Shown here: positions 56,077 to 64,000 of the stretch, one piece after another
How the letters are laid out: every line of letters starts with the position of its first letter
Position numbering within the stretch: the stretch's first letter is position 1
IMG/VR virus record: IMGVR_UViG_3300020187_000010
DNA from: a virus
Length of the DNA stretch: 64,000 bases
Direction: 5' to 3' (one strand)
Notes under the pieces: generated by a model
Told to the model about the DNA's origin: nothing
Databases searched by the model: none
Seen by the model: the letters and a program-made list of their open reading frames with translations, nothing else
Program-made: the position numbers and the translations under genes

Positions 56077-56432
56077 ATCTTTCTCAGTTTTTCAACCACC
56101 ACTGGATCAAGACCTATACCAGTGAGGTCAGTATTGATGTCTATGGCCTTCAGGAATATTAGAAATGGTTTGAGTGCATTCCAGTGTGGGGGATCAATCT
56201 TGAGTGCAAGCATCTCAATACCAGACTCAAATCCCCAACAGTTAAAGATGACTATCAAATGATTCAGTACTAGTCTCTCGGATAACTCACCCGAAACTTC
56301 GTACTTGTTTAACAATCGTTTAACATACTTGAATCTTTTAATATCATTAAAGAACTCTTCACTATCGATACAAGTCGGATTGTAATAGTTCTTCGCTGCG
56401 TATATTGTAAATGTTTTATGTGTAAGTATCAT
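56073..56432 (-). CDS. Conserved T4-like hypothetical protein
   Basis: F..YA.K.Y.NP.C...EEF..D..RFKY.KRL...Y...GEL.ERL.LNH.I. Confidence 0.75.
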   Translation of the reverse strand: MILTHKTFTIYAAKNYYNPTCIDSEEFFNDIKRFKYVKRLLNKYEVSGELSERLVLNHLIVIFNCWGFESGIEMLALKIDPPHWNALKPFLIFLKAIDINTDLTGIGLDPVVVEKLRKI

Positions 56433-57351
56433 CTATAAACTCTGGTAAAGACATATAAGGTTGGGGTGATTCATTTCTTTCTTCGAGAATATTTATCTTA
56501 TCGATAAGTGGTCTCATCCATTCCCAACAATTTTTTCTGATCTTTGTTACCGATTGGTCATTTTCAGTTGTCATATATGTGGGGTAACGATTTTCTTTTC
56601 TACGAACCACATTATATTTTCCGTCAAGAGCCATTTTCTTCACCTTCAAAAACTGTAGAGTGTCTTCTCCAATTGTCAGTTCTTTATCGAAATGAATTTC
56701 TTTAGCGATATTTCTAGAATAGAAAACCATTCTAGTCATATATTCTTTAACCTCAGAAAATTTGTTCATGACATGGTTGAACTCAACTCTATCAACAGAC
56801 CATTTGTGTGATGTCGGCGCATCCATATGTCCCCTTGTCATAAAATGCCATAGGAGAGTTTCATAAACTTGGGTTGCATATTGAGGATTCGATTTGTCAC
56901 AGGGATATGTCAACTCGGTCAGTTTAATATCTTCTTTGGTTAACTTAGTTAAATCTTCACACAATTTTAGAATGTAGTCCGTATCTAATCCAGTAGTTAT
57001 TCTTGGTTGTCGATAGTGAACTATCATATCGGGAGGAGTTGGGTGTTGTGATACTGACTTATATAATCTATATCCAAGAGGAGTAATAAAATCATCACCG
57101 TCTATCTGAACCATATAATCATTGTCACTTTCCAGAAATAACTTGATCACAGAATTCTTGCCGGTGGCAGGAGTGCCATCAGAAGGGGTTATATAATATT
57201 CGAGATCGTTTTCTATACAGTGTTCTTCTGCGTAGTCACGGTAGTTGTCATCGCGAGTATTGATGACAACTACCAGATCTTCAGAATGTATAATTTCACT
57301 ATTGCGTATGAGACTCTCTAAAGAATTAGAGGTTAGCAAATAGAATTTCAT
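56416..57351 (-). CDS. Putative GT-A glycosyltransferase
   Basis: VVINT, SDGTPA.GKN, QIDGDD (DxD), F...L.IGED. Confidence 0.6.
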   Translation of the reverse strand: MKFYLLTSNSLESLIRNSEIIHSEDLVVVINTRDDNYRDYAEEHCIENDLEYYITPSDGTPATGKNSVIKLFLESDNDYMVQIDGDDFITPLGYRLYKSVSQHPTPPDMIVHYRQPRITTGLDTDYILKLCEDLTKLTKEDIKLTELTYPCDKSNPQYATQVYETLLWHFMTRGHMDAPTSHKWSVDRVEFNHVMNKFSEVKEYMTRMVFYSRNIAKEIHFDKELTIGEDTLQFLKVKKMALDGKYNVVRRKENRYPTYMTTENDQSVTKIRKNCWEWMRPLIDKINILEERNESPQPYMSLPEFIDDTYT

Positions 57352-57366
57352 GATATACCTTATATA

Positions 57367-57675
57367 TTATTTAAGCATCAATCGTTCTAGTAAGGTCTTC
57401 TTAGTAGCTCGTTTACTTACTTCGACACCGGATTGTTCTGCGATTGCTTGCAGTTCAGTCTTAGTCATGTCTTCGAGAGACTTGTTGTTCGCGGGCGCTT
57501 CCTGAAGTAATTGTGGTTCTTCAACAACAACTTCTTCAGTTACCAACGAAACACTATTGTATTCGTCAATCTGATCTTGGGTGAAACGTTTTGATACAAA
57601 CAACTCACCGGTCTTGGGGTCAGCCCAACCACGAAGGGTTGGGACTGCGTTCTTACACCATTTAGGACATTGCAT
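57367..57675 (-). CDS. Hypothetical protein with C-terminal HeH/Rho_N-like motif
   Basis: LEDMTKTELQAIA...GV.......K..L. Confidence 0.6.
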   Translation of the reverse strand: MQCPKWCKNAVPTLRGWADPKTGELFVSKRFTQDQIDEYNSVSLVTEEVVVEEPQLLQEAPANNKSLEDMTKTELQAIAEQSGVEVSKRATKKTLLERLMLK

Positions 57676-57687
57676 AATTACTCTCCG

Positions 57688-58413
57688 TTATTCCGGTGCT
57701 TTACCAGAAAGGATTTGACGGATGACTTCGTACTCTTTCATCTCTTTTTTCACAGTACGTTCTTTAGGTTCTTCGATCTTCTCTAACTCATCGTGGGGAA
57801 TCTTATCCACTTTGTGTTTTGCCTTGAACTCTTTACCCTTGGGTGATTCTTTTGAATCAATCTCTTCGGGTGGAGTTGCACCTTTCTTCTGATTGACAGC
57901 TTCTTCAACCTTAGACCACATTTCAATGAATGCTTCACGGGTGTTTACTCGGTTGACAGATTCGATCTTAGAGATCTCTGCGGTAGCATCAGAAGTCTTA
58001 GGGTTGGTATCAGTCGCCTTCTTCTTCTTAATTGGTGTCTTTGCGTCACCTTCACCGTCCGATTCTACTTCTTCGGCATCATCATCTTCTTTTTCGGCTT
58101 CGGTTTCACCTTCGTCTGCATCACCATCTTTCTTGGGTGGCATTTTCTTCTTAGGTTCTTCCTCTTCGTCCTTCTCTTCCTTCACGCCCTTGGCAGGTTT
58201 CTTACCACCGTCAATCGCGTCATCAGTTGCAGCACGTTTCTTGTGAAGATACTCGTCAGAAGAATCAACATCTCCATCGTTATCGATGTCCTTATCCTTA
58301 CGATCTTTGAACTCTTTATCGTTCGCTTTATCGTCTACTGGATCAAGTTTCTTTTTTGCTTCGGAGACCATTGACAAATATGCCTCCATTGTACCCTTTA
58401 GTTCATTTGACAT
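57688..58413 (-). CDS. Highly charged probable head/core protein with DxDxDG loop
   Basis: K/E/D-rich; DIDNDGDVDSSD; GGAG SD before MSNELK. Confidence 0.65.
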   Translation of the reverse strand: MSNELKGTMEAYLSMVSEAKKKLDPVDDKANDKEFKDRKDKDIDNDGDVDSSDEYLHKKRAATDDAIDGGKKPAKGVKEEKDEEEEPKKKMPPKKDGDADEGETEAEKEDDDAEEVESDGEGDAKTPIKKKKATDTNPKTSDATAEISKIESVNRVNTREAFIEMWSKVEEAVNQKKGATPPEEIDSKESPKGKEFKAKHKVDKIPHDELEKIEEPKERTVKKEMKEYEVIRQILSGKAPE

Positions 58414-58427
58414 TTTTAGTCTCCGTT

Positions 58428-58724
58428 TTAGAACCACATCATTTTAACGATGGCGCCAATTATTGCAGCGACACCGACAAATGATAGTCTGTTGATGATA
58501 CTCACGGTGTGAGCATTTTCGTTTACTTTAGTTTCAATAGAATCCAATTTCTGAGAAAATCGATTCATACGTTCAAAGTGATTTTGATTTTCTCTTTCCA
58601 TAGAAAGGATCTTTTCCTCGGTACGTGCGAGACTAATCATAGCTTCGGCAAGTTTATCGATTTTAAGTTCAATTCTGTCTAATCGATGATTAGATGTATC
58701 GTTATTGGGCATCATGGATTCCAT
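58428..58724 (-). CDS. Coiled-coil protein with C-terminal TM (XhlA/holin-like)
   Basis: RLDRIE.KIDKL...LAR.EE; hydrophobic C-terminus; start placed after the late promoter at 58739-58746. Confidence 0.6.
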   Translation of the reverse strand: MESMMPNNDTSNHRLDRIELKIDKLAEAMISLARTEEKILSMERENQNHFERMNRFSQKLDSIETKVNENAHTVSIINRLSFVGVAAIIGAIVKMMWF

Positions 58725-58738
58725 TTGATCTATTGGTG

Positions 58739-58746
58739 TATTTATA
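58739..58746 (-). promoter_or_regulatory. T4-type late promoter TATAAATA
   Basis: Exact motif. Confidence 0.7.
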
Positions 58747-59097
58747 CTAATTGTCAACTTTAGATCCCCCGCGCCACTGATAACAAGACCAATATCTTGC
58801 TTTCCATTTTGGGCCAGGGTTTGCACAGTTGTGTCTTGCTCTAAATGACTTTCTTCGGTTGGGGTCATCCCGTTTGATTGACATATTGGGATCACCGAAC
58901 CTAACTACAACAACCTTACCTGCTTCGTTCTTAACGTATACCTTGAACTTCTTGTTAGGGTTCTCGGATGTACGAATAGGGTCATTAAGTTTGACCTTCT
59001 TACCTTGGTACTCGGACTCAGTTATTACCAAGTCCTCGAACAAATCGGTACACTCGCAATGTTCATCTATCTCATTGTAGTGGTTAAACTTTTTCAT
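58747..59097 (-). CDS. Basic hypothetical protein with capsid-targeting-like leader
   Basis: MKKFNHYNE; KKFKVYV....G.V..V.FGD, RRKSFRARH.C, YWSC..W. Confidence 0.7.
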   Translation of the reverse strand: MKKFNHYNEIDEHCECTDLFEDLVITESEYQGKKVKLNDPIRTSENPNKKFKVYVKNEAGKVVVVRFGDPNMSIKRDDPNRRKSFRARHNCANPGPKWKARYWSCYQWRGGSKVDN

Positions 59098-59098
59098 A

Positions 59099-60007
59099 TT
59101 AACTCACGTAGAAGTTTAGTTCGTAGGGTTTCTTTGCACTATCACGATTGTAGACTTGAATAGACAAACCTTGACGTACAGGTTTATCATTCTTGGTCAA
59201 CTTCAAAGTATGACGTGTAGTCTTACCACGGCCAGGTTTACCCTTACCGGTAGTTACTTGATTGAACCAATCGTCTTCAACTACTTCAAATCCTTTCTTC
59301 TCTGCTTGTGCTTTTGCGTGTTGAACTGCGGCAGAGTATGTGTCGAAGTAAGTGTCCTTTGCAGAATCTTTACGTGCTTCACGCAAAGCGAAGAATGTCA
59401 TCTGAACAGATTCCTTCATTGCGGGATAAGTGCCTTTTTTGAGACGGGCAACGACTACGCCACGATCCGATACAATGAAGTCCCCATTAGACGCAAAAGA
59501 AGAGGTCAAATCGGGATCCATTTTTCTTCCCACTTTTTTAAGAGCAGTCTTCATCAAGTCGTTGTAATATTTTTTGGATTTCGATTCATCTAGTTTACCT
59601 TCTTCGAGGTCTACTGATTCCTTCATATCTTTCATCAGTTTCTTTACGGTCTTGAGGTCAAGTCCAAGTTCCTTAGCAATCTTCTCAGCAGGTACCTTCT
59701 CTTGAACCATCAGGTGGAAGTCAGACATCGCACCTTCATCAAGTCCTTCGGTCGCAATCAACTTCCAACCTTGTCGTTTCATCTTGTCAGCAGTCGCACC
59801 ATCAACCTTACGGGTCATGTTACCTTTCTTGACGGTGTACTTCTCAGCACCTTCCGCAACTTTCTTTGCTTGCGCAGTTGCGATTGCCATCTTCTTGTCC
59901 ATAGGCATATCGGGTTCGTCTTTCTCAATTGCCTTTGCAATCTCTTCCCGTTTCTTTTTCTCTGCGGGTGTGAGAGTCTTCTCTCTCAATTCTTTAAACG
60001 ACTTCAC
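59099..60007 (-). CDS. Probable internal head polyprotein
   Basis: MKSFKELRE leader; modules separated by V/L-x-E and KES sites. Confidence 0.7.
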   Translation of the reverse strand: MKSFKELREKTLTPAEKKKREEIAKAIEKDEPDMPMDKKMAIATAQAKKVAEGAEKYTVKKGNMTRKVDGATADKMKRQGWKLIATEGLDEGAMSDFHLMVQEKVPAEKIAKELGLDLKTVKKLMKDMKESVDLEEGKLDESKSKKYYNDLMKTALKKVGRKMDPDLTSSFASNGDFIVSDRGVVVARLKKGTYPAMKESVQMTFFALREARKDSAKDTYFDTYSAAVQHAKAQAEKKGFEVVEDDWFNQVTTGKGKPGRGKTTRHTLKLTKNDKPVRQGLSIQVYNRDSAKKPYELNFYVS

Positions 60008-60321
60008 TTAGTGTACCTCACCACAAATATAGTGTCCTTGACAGTCTTACCTTTCGGTACACCACGGACAGCATTCTTATCCATATCGAAGTTAATATTG
60101 GCAACAGTTTGTTTTGCGAACTTACCATTCTTCAACCAGTGTGCTTTGAAGTCACCATAGTTATCTGACTTAACAGTATACTCGATGTTGGGATTCTTCT
60201 TAGACAGGGCAACCATTTTCTTGATACCCTCATCTCCCATATAATATTCGCCTGCTGTTTTAGATGTTCCACCAAGAGTGACTAGTTCGCGTTTCTCTCT
60301 GATTTGTTGAAATGTTTTCAT
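60004..60321 (-). CDS. Probable internal head protein
   Basis: MKTFQQIRE leader. Confidence 0.7.
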   Translation of the reverse strand: MKTFQQIREKRELVTLGGTSKTAGEYYMGDEGIKKMVALSKKNPNIEYTVKSDNYGDFKAHWLKNGKFAKQTVANINFDMDKNAVRGVPKGKTVKDTIFVVRYTK

Positions 60322-60322
60322 G

Positions 60323-60595
60323 TTATGCTAGATCCTTATCGTGATTTAGGTTGCCTTTCTTCTTCTTGACGATGAACGCATTGACTCTTGCGTGTCCCCA
60401 CTGTTGTGGGGTAGTGCCTGGACGGTGACCCGTCTTCCATGCAGCAACACCACGGTTATATACTTTCTTCAGTGTATCTACCGAGATACCAGACTTCTTT
60501 GACTTAGCTGCAATGCCATCCGATCCTTCTTTAACGTCAAGTGTATCATACACTGAATACCGCCCTTCGGCAAGGTATTTTTTAAAATTAATCAT
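60323..60595 (-). CDS. Probable internal head protein
   Basis: MINFKKYLAE leader; K..KSG....TLK.VY.RG.AAW..GHRPG....QW..ARVN.F. Confidence 0.7.
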   Translation of the reverse strand: MINFKKYLAEGRYSVYDTLDVKEGSDGIAAKSKKSGISVDTLKKVYNRGVAAWKTGHRPGTTPQQWGHARVNAFIVKKKKGNLNHDKDLA

Positions 60596-62358
60596 TTAGT
60601 TTGCCTATTCTTTTGTCTTGCGCGAGCGAGTCTTGCACGGTCTAGAATACGGTCGTGTTTCTTCTTATCAGTCTCTTTCTCACGTTCAATCTTCTGAGAG
60701 GCAGCATCTACAGGATCAGTCGCTTCTTTAACACTCTTCTCATATGCTTTAGCGAGATTCCTAGCATCAACACCGTCATACTGTTTTGCAACCTGTCCAG
60801 CATAATAAACAACACCGTGTCTAAGGTTACCACCGGTTTCTTTCTTCTTACGGTCAATGATCTTACTAAGAACATCCAGTGCATGTTGGTATTTTTTAGG
60901 ACTGAGTTTAGACCCGATCATATCCTTCATCCAACGAGGAGTCATATCTTCCTCGACAGATTCGTACTTAATCATAGGATCAGGTGACTTGAAGTTCTTC
61001 TTACGCATTATTGTTTTGTTAACAACTTCGAACTCACCGTTCTTCCAGTTGACCACAACAGGTAGGTTAAGATCTGACTGCATGTCCTTCAGGATTGCCT
61101 CAGAGTTACCGTGTTTTTTGATTCTCTTACCCTTGTTGTCAGCCATCTTCTTGAAGAGTGCTTTGATCTCGTCAACAGTGATTGCAGGTTTGTTGCGTTT
61201 GTCATTTAGACGATCTGCGAAGTGACGGGTAAATTCGATATCAACATCAAACTTATTAAGTAGACGGTCACCAAACTTCTCTAGGTCATTGATCTCTTTC
61301 TGTGATACATCTTCATACATGTCCTTGAACTGCTTGGTGTACTTGGATGGTTTCGTCTTTGCGGTTGCATCGCCTGGAGCGGGTTTGTATGCAGAGTCAT
61401 CATCGTCTGCTTTCTTACCGTGTTTCTTGAAGTGTGCATCACGTGCAACTTTGGTGGACTTCTTCAGTCCCGAGTGATAACGTGCAGGTTGTGTACCTTT
61501 ACGATCTTTGATATCTGAGTCTTGTTTCTCTAGTAGTTCTACAGCATCTAACCATTTGCGCAACTTACCGTTATCTGTTTCCACGATAACATAGTTAGCA
61601 CCCAATACAGATACAGTTCCTATTTCATCGCTTTCTTTGATAACAACAGTGTCACCTACTTTAAACAATTCACCTTGAACATACTGTTCTCTTGTTTCAG
61701 AAACAGTTTCCAGTTCAATGTGATTCTTGAATTCAAACTCTTCCTTGAGACCCATTCCCTTCCGAACATCATTGAACAACTTCCGTGTATCTTTATCGGA
61801 CATTCCTTTCGGTACACCTTGTGCAAATGTAACGAAGTCATTCTTTGCTGCATTCTCACGTTGTTTAGACGCAGACATGCCTTCAACACCAGTCGCATCA
61901 GGATCACGTTCACCCGCAGAGACAATGTTGATTTTCTTGAAATTGTAGAAACCATGACGTGCCTTTGTACCGTTGTACTTATTCAACAATACATCGAACT
62001 CACGTATACGGTCTGCACCAACAACCATGTTGATCTTAGTATAACCTTGATCGTATAGTTTTACTGCAATATCAAATACGGACTTGACATCCTTATCTAA
62101 CATTACTTGACGTGCATGTTTAGGAAACATCTTACGTACATGTTTCACTTTATCTGTGTAGGATAGGGGATCTTTCTTGGGATTCTGTGATTGTGAGACA
62201 TATACTTTATAGTCTGATTTACCAGACTTCTTTGCAAGTACATCCATCACTTTACCGTGACCAATAGTAGGAGGATTCATTCTACCAAAGGTAAAATAAA
62301 CTTCACGATCTTCTTCGATCAGGTATTGGGTAAAATTCTTAATCGGCACTTTTACCAC
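60592..62358 (-). CDS. Cytidylyltransferase-like (HxGH) nucleotidyltransferase polyprotein
   Basis: FGRMNPPTIGH, KDPL....K, VVGADR, SAGERDPD...GMSASK; additional C-terminal modules; IKNFTQYLIEE leader. Confidence 0.85.
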   Translation of the reverse strand: MVKVPIKNFTQYLIEEDREVYFTFGRMNPPTIGHGKVMDVLAKKSGKSDYKVYVSQSQNPKKDPLSYTDKVKHVRKMFPKHARQVMLDKDVKSVFDIAVKLYDQGYTKINMVVGADRIREFDVLLNKYNGTKARHGFYNFKKINIVSAGERDPDATGVEGMSASKQRENAAKNDFVTFAQGVPKGMSDKDTRKLFNDVRKGMGLKEEFEFKNHIELETVSETREQYVQGELFKVGDTVVIKESDEIGTVSVLGANYVIVETDNGKLRKWLDAVELLEKQDSDIKDRKGTQPARYHSGLKKSTKVARDAHFKKHGKKADDDDSAYKPAPGDATAKTKPSKYTKQFKDMYEDVSQKEINDLEKFGDRLLNKFDVDIEFTRHFADRLNDKRNKPAITVDEIKALFKKMADNKGKRIKKHGNSEAILKDMQSDLNLPVVVNWKNGEFEVVNKTIMRKKNFKSPDPMIKYESVEEDMTPRWMKDMIGSKLSPKKYQHALDVLSKIIDRKKKETGGNLRHGVVYYAGQVAKQYDGVDARNLAKAYEKSVKEATDPVDAASQKIEREKETDKKKHDRILDRARLARARQKNRQTK

Positions 62359-62806
62359 CCTTCTTACGTTCCATTTCTTTTTTACGTACTTGGGGTAGTA
62401 GTTTACGAGATAACTTATCGATAACGTTTTTCTTCTTTTCGAGTCTCTTCTCTATGTCCTGTCTACGTGACAATGAGAGTTCGCCTTTAGGAGTATCTTT
62501 GGTAAGTTTCTTGAGTAGGACATTACGTGCAGCCTTTCGTGCACGTTTCTTCAGAGTGTCCATAGAGGCAATCTTACGTTGAGCACGTTTGCGACCCATT
62601 GCAATCTTGGCCTTGTTCTTTTTAAACATGCGACCACGTGCAAGACGTTGGGTCATATCCAATGCTTCGTTCTCTACTTCCTCACCAGTGTTTCCGGTAG
62701 GAATATCTTTCTTGCGTTTCTTAGCATTGTACGCAAGTTGATCATCACCCGTTTGAGTGTAATCTACAGATGTAAAATCTTTGAATCTAAGCGGTTTCTT
62801 TGCCAC
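62339..62806 (-). CDS. Basic hypothetical protein
   Basis: LRFKDF leader-like; Arg/Lys-rich body. Confidence 0.7.
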   Translation of the reverse strand: MAKKPLRFKDFTSVDYTQTGDDQLAYNAKKRKKDIPTGNTGEEVENEALDMTQRLARGRMFKKNKAKIAMGRKRAQRKIASMDTLKKRARKAARNVLLKKLTKDTPKGELSLSRRQDIEKRLEKKKNVIDKLSRKLLPQVRKKEMERKKGGKSAD

Positions 62807-62830
62807 TTTGTTTTCCTCTGGTTTATCCCA

Positions 62831-64000
62831 TTAATTACGACTAGGTTTGTCCCAGCCTTTTAATATATCGGGTGAAAAGTTGTTGTATGAAAACTCCATA
62901 CGGTCAACAAGTTTCACTGCGTCACCACCAAGTTTGTCTATTGCCACATAACCTTCTTCACCAGTCACTTTGTAACCAGTTTTGGTTTGAACGAATGTGT
63001 CAATTTTCTTTAAACTGTTAAGTTTATTTATAAGTTTTAGTTTCGCAAGTACAATCATTTTCTGCAAATCGAACATCTTTTCTAAAGAATCTAGATTCTT
63101 CGGAGAGAAAAACTTTAAGATTTCGTCTCGCTTTTCGACTTGGGCGTTCTTGCCTTTCTCGGTTTTGCGTTTGTCGATTTCTTTTTGGTACTTGTCTTTG
63201 ATGTACTTGACGAGGGCTTTGGCGTGCTTTTTCGAGTCGCCGGGCGTTTGACCTTTTCGGACGTAGGTGTTGTTGAAGGTTTCGATTGTTTGGGCGAGGG
63301 CGGGGTTTCCTTCAAGGGTTCTGAGGGTTGTTCCACTGATCTGGTTAAAAAGTTTACCAGCTTTTGAAAGATATTCATTTACTTGCTCCGTTTCTTTTTC
63401 GGTCATTGTTGCATCTACAGATCGCAACATTGCATCTTGTGACCATACGTTTTTAGATTTTTTTAGTTTAGAAACATCTACACCGAAGGATGCTGTCATC
63501 GATTCAAATGTTTTACCCTTATATGTAGTGTGCCACACTATACCGATTTTTGCATCGCGTACTTCCTTCGACTGTTCAAATGGTATTGCATATACGATTG
63601 TGTTGGGGTGGAAGGTAGTGTACTGTACACCATCAATTTTCTTCGTACCCAGATCACCTCGACCAAATAGGAAGTCTCCTTGGATAACTCCCTTGATACC
63701 AAGTTCAGGTAAATACTTCAACGCATCCTTGAGTTTCTCTGCGAGATCACCAGACGTATCTGCTTCAACGTCTTCGGGTGTCTTGTATACCTTGGGGTTC
63801 TTATTGAAGATACCTTTCTTTGCAACAAAGAATTTACCATCCGAGGGATCTTGTCCGCAAAAGATAGCAGGTGCACCATCCCACTTGGTGGATAGTCCCG
63901 CAGTACCTTTACCGGCAAGCATGTCACGCAATTCACGTAATGCAAATATTGCTTGACGTGTACCATTCACACCCCCGTAGATGACCTTATCTTCGATATG
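62831..64000 (-). CDS. Conserved T4-like protein with covalent nucleotidyltransferase/ligase-like motifs (5'-truncated)
   Basis: Frame open to the window edge (HIEDKVIYGG...); TKWDGAP, IQGD, EGYV, VKLV motifs. Confidence 0.7.
   Translation of the reverse strand, partial: HIEDKVIYGGVNGTRQAIFALRELRDMLAGKGTAGLSTKWDGAPAIFCGQDPSDGKFFVAKKGIFNKNPKVYKTPEDVEADTSGDLAEKLKDALKYLPELGIKGVIQGDFLFGRGDLGTKKIDGVQYTTFHPNTIVYAIPFEQSKEVRDAKIGIVWHTTYKGKTFESMTASFGVDVSKLKKSKNVWSQDAMLRSVDATMTEKETEQVNEYLSKAGKLFNQISGTTLRTLEGNPALAQTIETFNNTYVRKGQTPGDSKKHAKALVKYIKDKYQKEIDKRKTEKGKNAQVEKRDEILKFFSPKNLDSLEKMFDLQKMIVLAKLKLINKLNSLKKIDTFVQTKTGYKVTGEEGYVAIDKLGGDAVKLVDRMEFSYNNFSPDILKGWDKPSRN
63119..63334 (-). other. Synonymous T-depleted (C3-rich) codon patch
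   Basis: Manual count: 72 codons, 2 ending in T and 38 ending in C; flanks return to T-ending codons. Confidence 0.85.

Noticed and set aside
63119-63334. Classical DGR variable region
   Set aside because: No reverse transcriptase or template repeat in the window; the bias is at synonymous positions and on the antisense-A strand.
63115-63956. Overlapping ORFs 63115-63378 (-), 63140-63367 (+) and 63267-63956 (+) as overprinted genes
   Set aside because: Explained by loss of stop codons in the T-depleted patch and by antisense shadowing; products are low complexity.
1-64000. tRNA genes, CRISPR arrays, IS elements, alternative genetic code
   Set aside because: No cloverleaf, regular repeat-spacer array or transposase recognised by eye; genes translate fully with the standard code. 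tRNAscan-SE/Infernal would be needed to exclude small RNAs.

Overview
A 64-kb segment of a T4-like (Tevenvirinae/Kyanoviridae-type) myophage, most resembling uncultured marine T4-like phages. Sigma70 promoters, SD sequences and Rz/Rz1 spanins point to a Gram-negative host. 1-24.4 kb is a baseplate/tail module: truncated VrlC/DUF4815-type protein, gp8, gp9, gp7, gp6, gp25, a gp5 function apparently split over four genes, gp27-like, gp53, gp48, gp4, gp2, gp54, gp26/gp51 and a tape measure. 24.4-30 kb holds gp32, gp33, a DenV-like glycosylase and small early genes with repeated promoter cassettes. 30-46 kb is a large glycan/modification cluster mixed with spanins, GroES, lysozyme and PhoH. 46-54 kb holds early genes, a GIY-YIG nuclease, panD, nrdB and an nrdA-glutaredoxin fusion. 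54-64 kb holds late genes, many starting with a T4 capsid-targeting-like leader, including a cytidylyltransferase-family polyprotein; a truncated ligase-like ORF ends the window. Best leads: (1) a T-TTT-TTA -1 frameshift site joining gp26 to an ATG-less gp51 just before the tape measure (lambda G/GT-like); (2) a capsid-packaged enzyme cargo (kinase, nucleotidyltransferase, possibly the ligase-like protein); (3) a recurrent DSAGN/DSDG motif in unrelated virion proteins, alongside a glycosyltransferase cluster (possible virion glycosylation); (4) a 72-codon patch almost free of wobble T; (5) the split gp5 locus with three peptidoglycan-hydrolase folds, two apparently inactive; (6) phage panD; (7) a 16S-3'-end-complementary element at a stop codon. 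No tRNA, rRNA, CRISPR or IS element was seen. All assignments are from motif recognition by eye; no searches were run.
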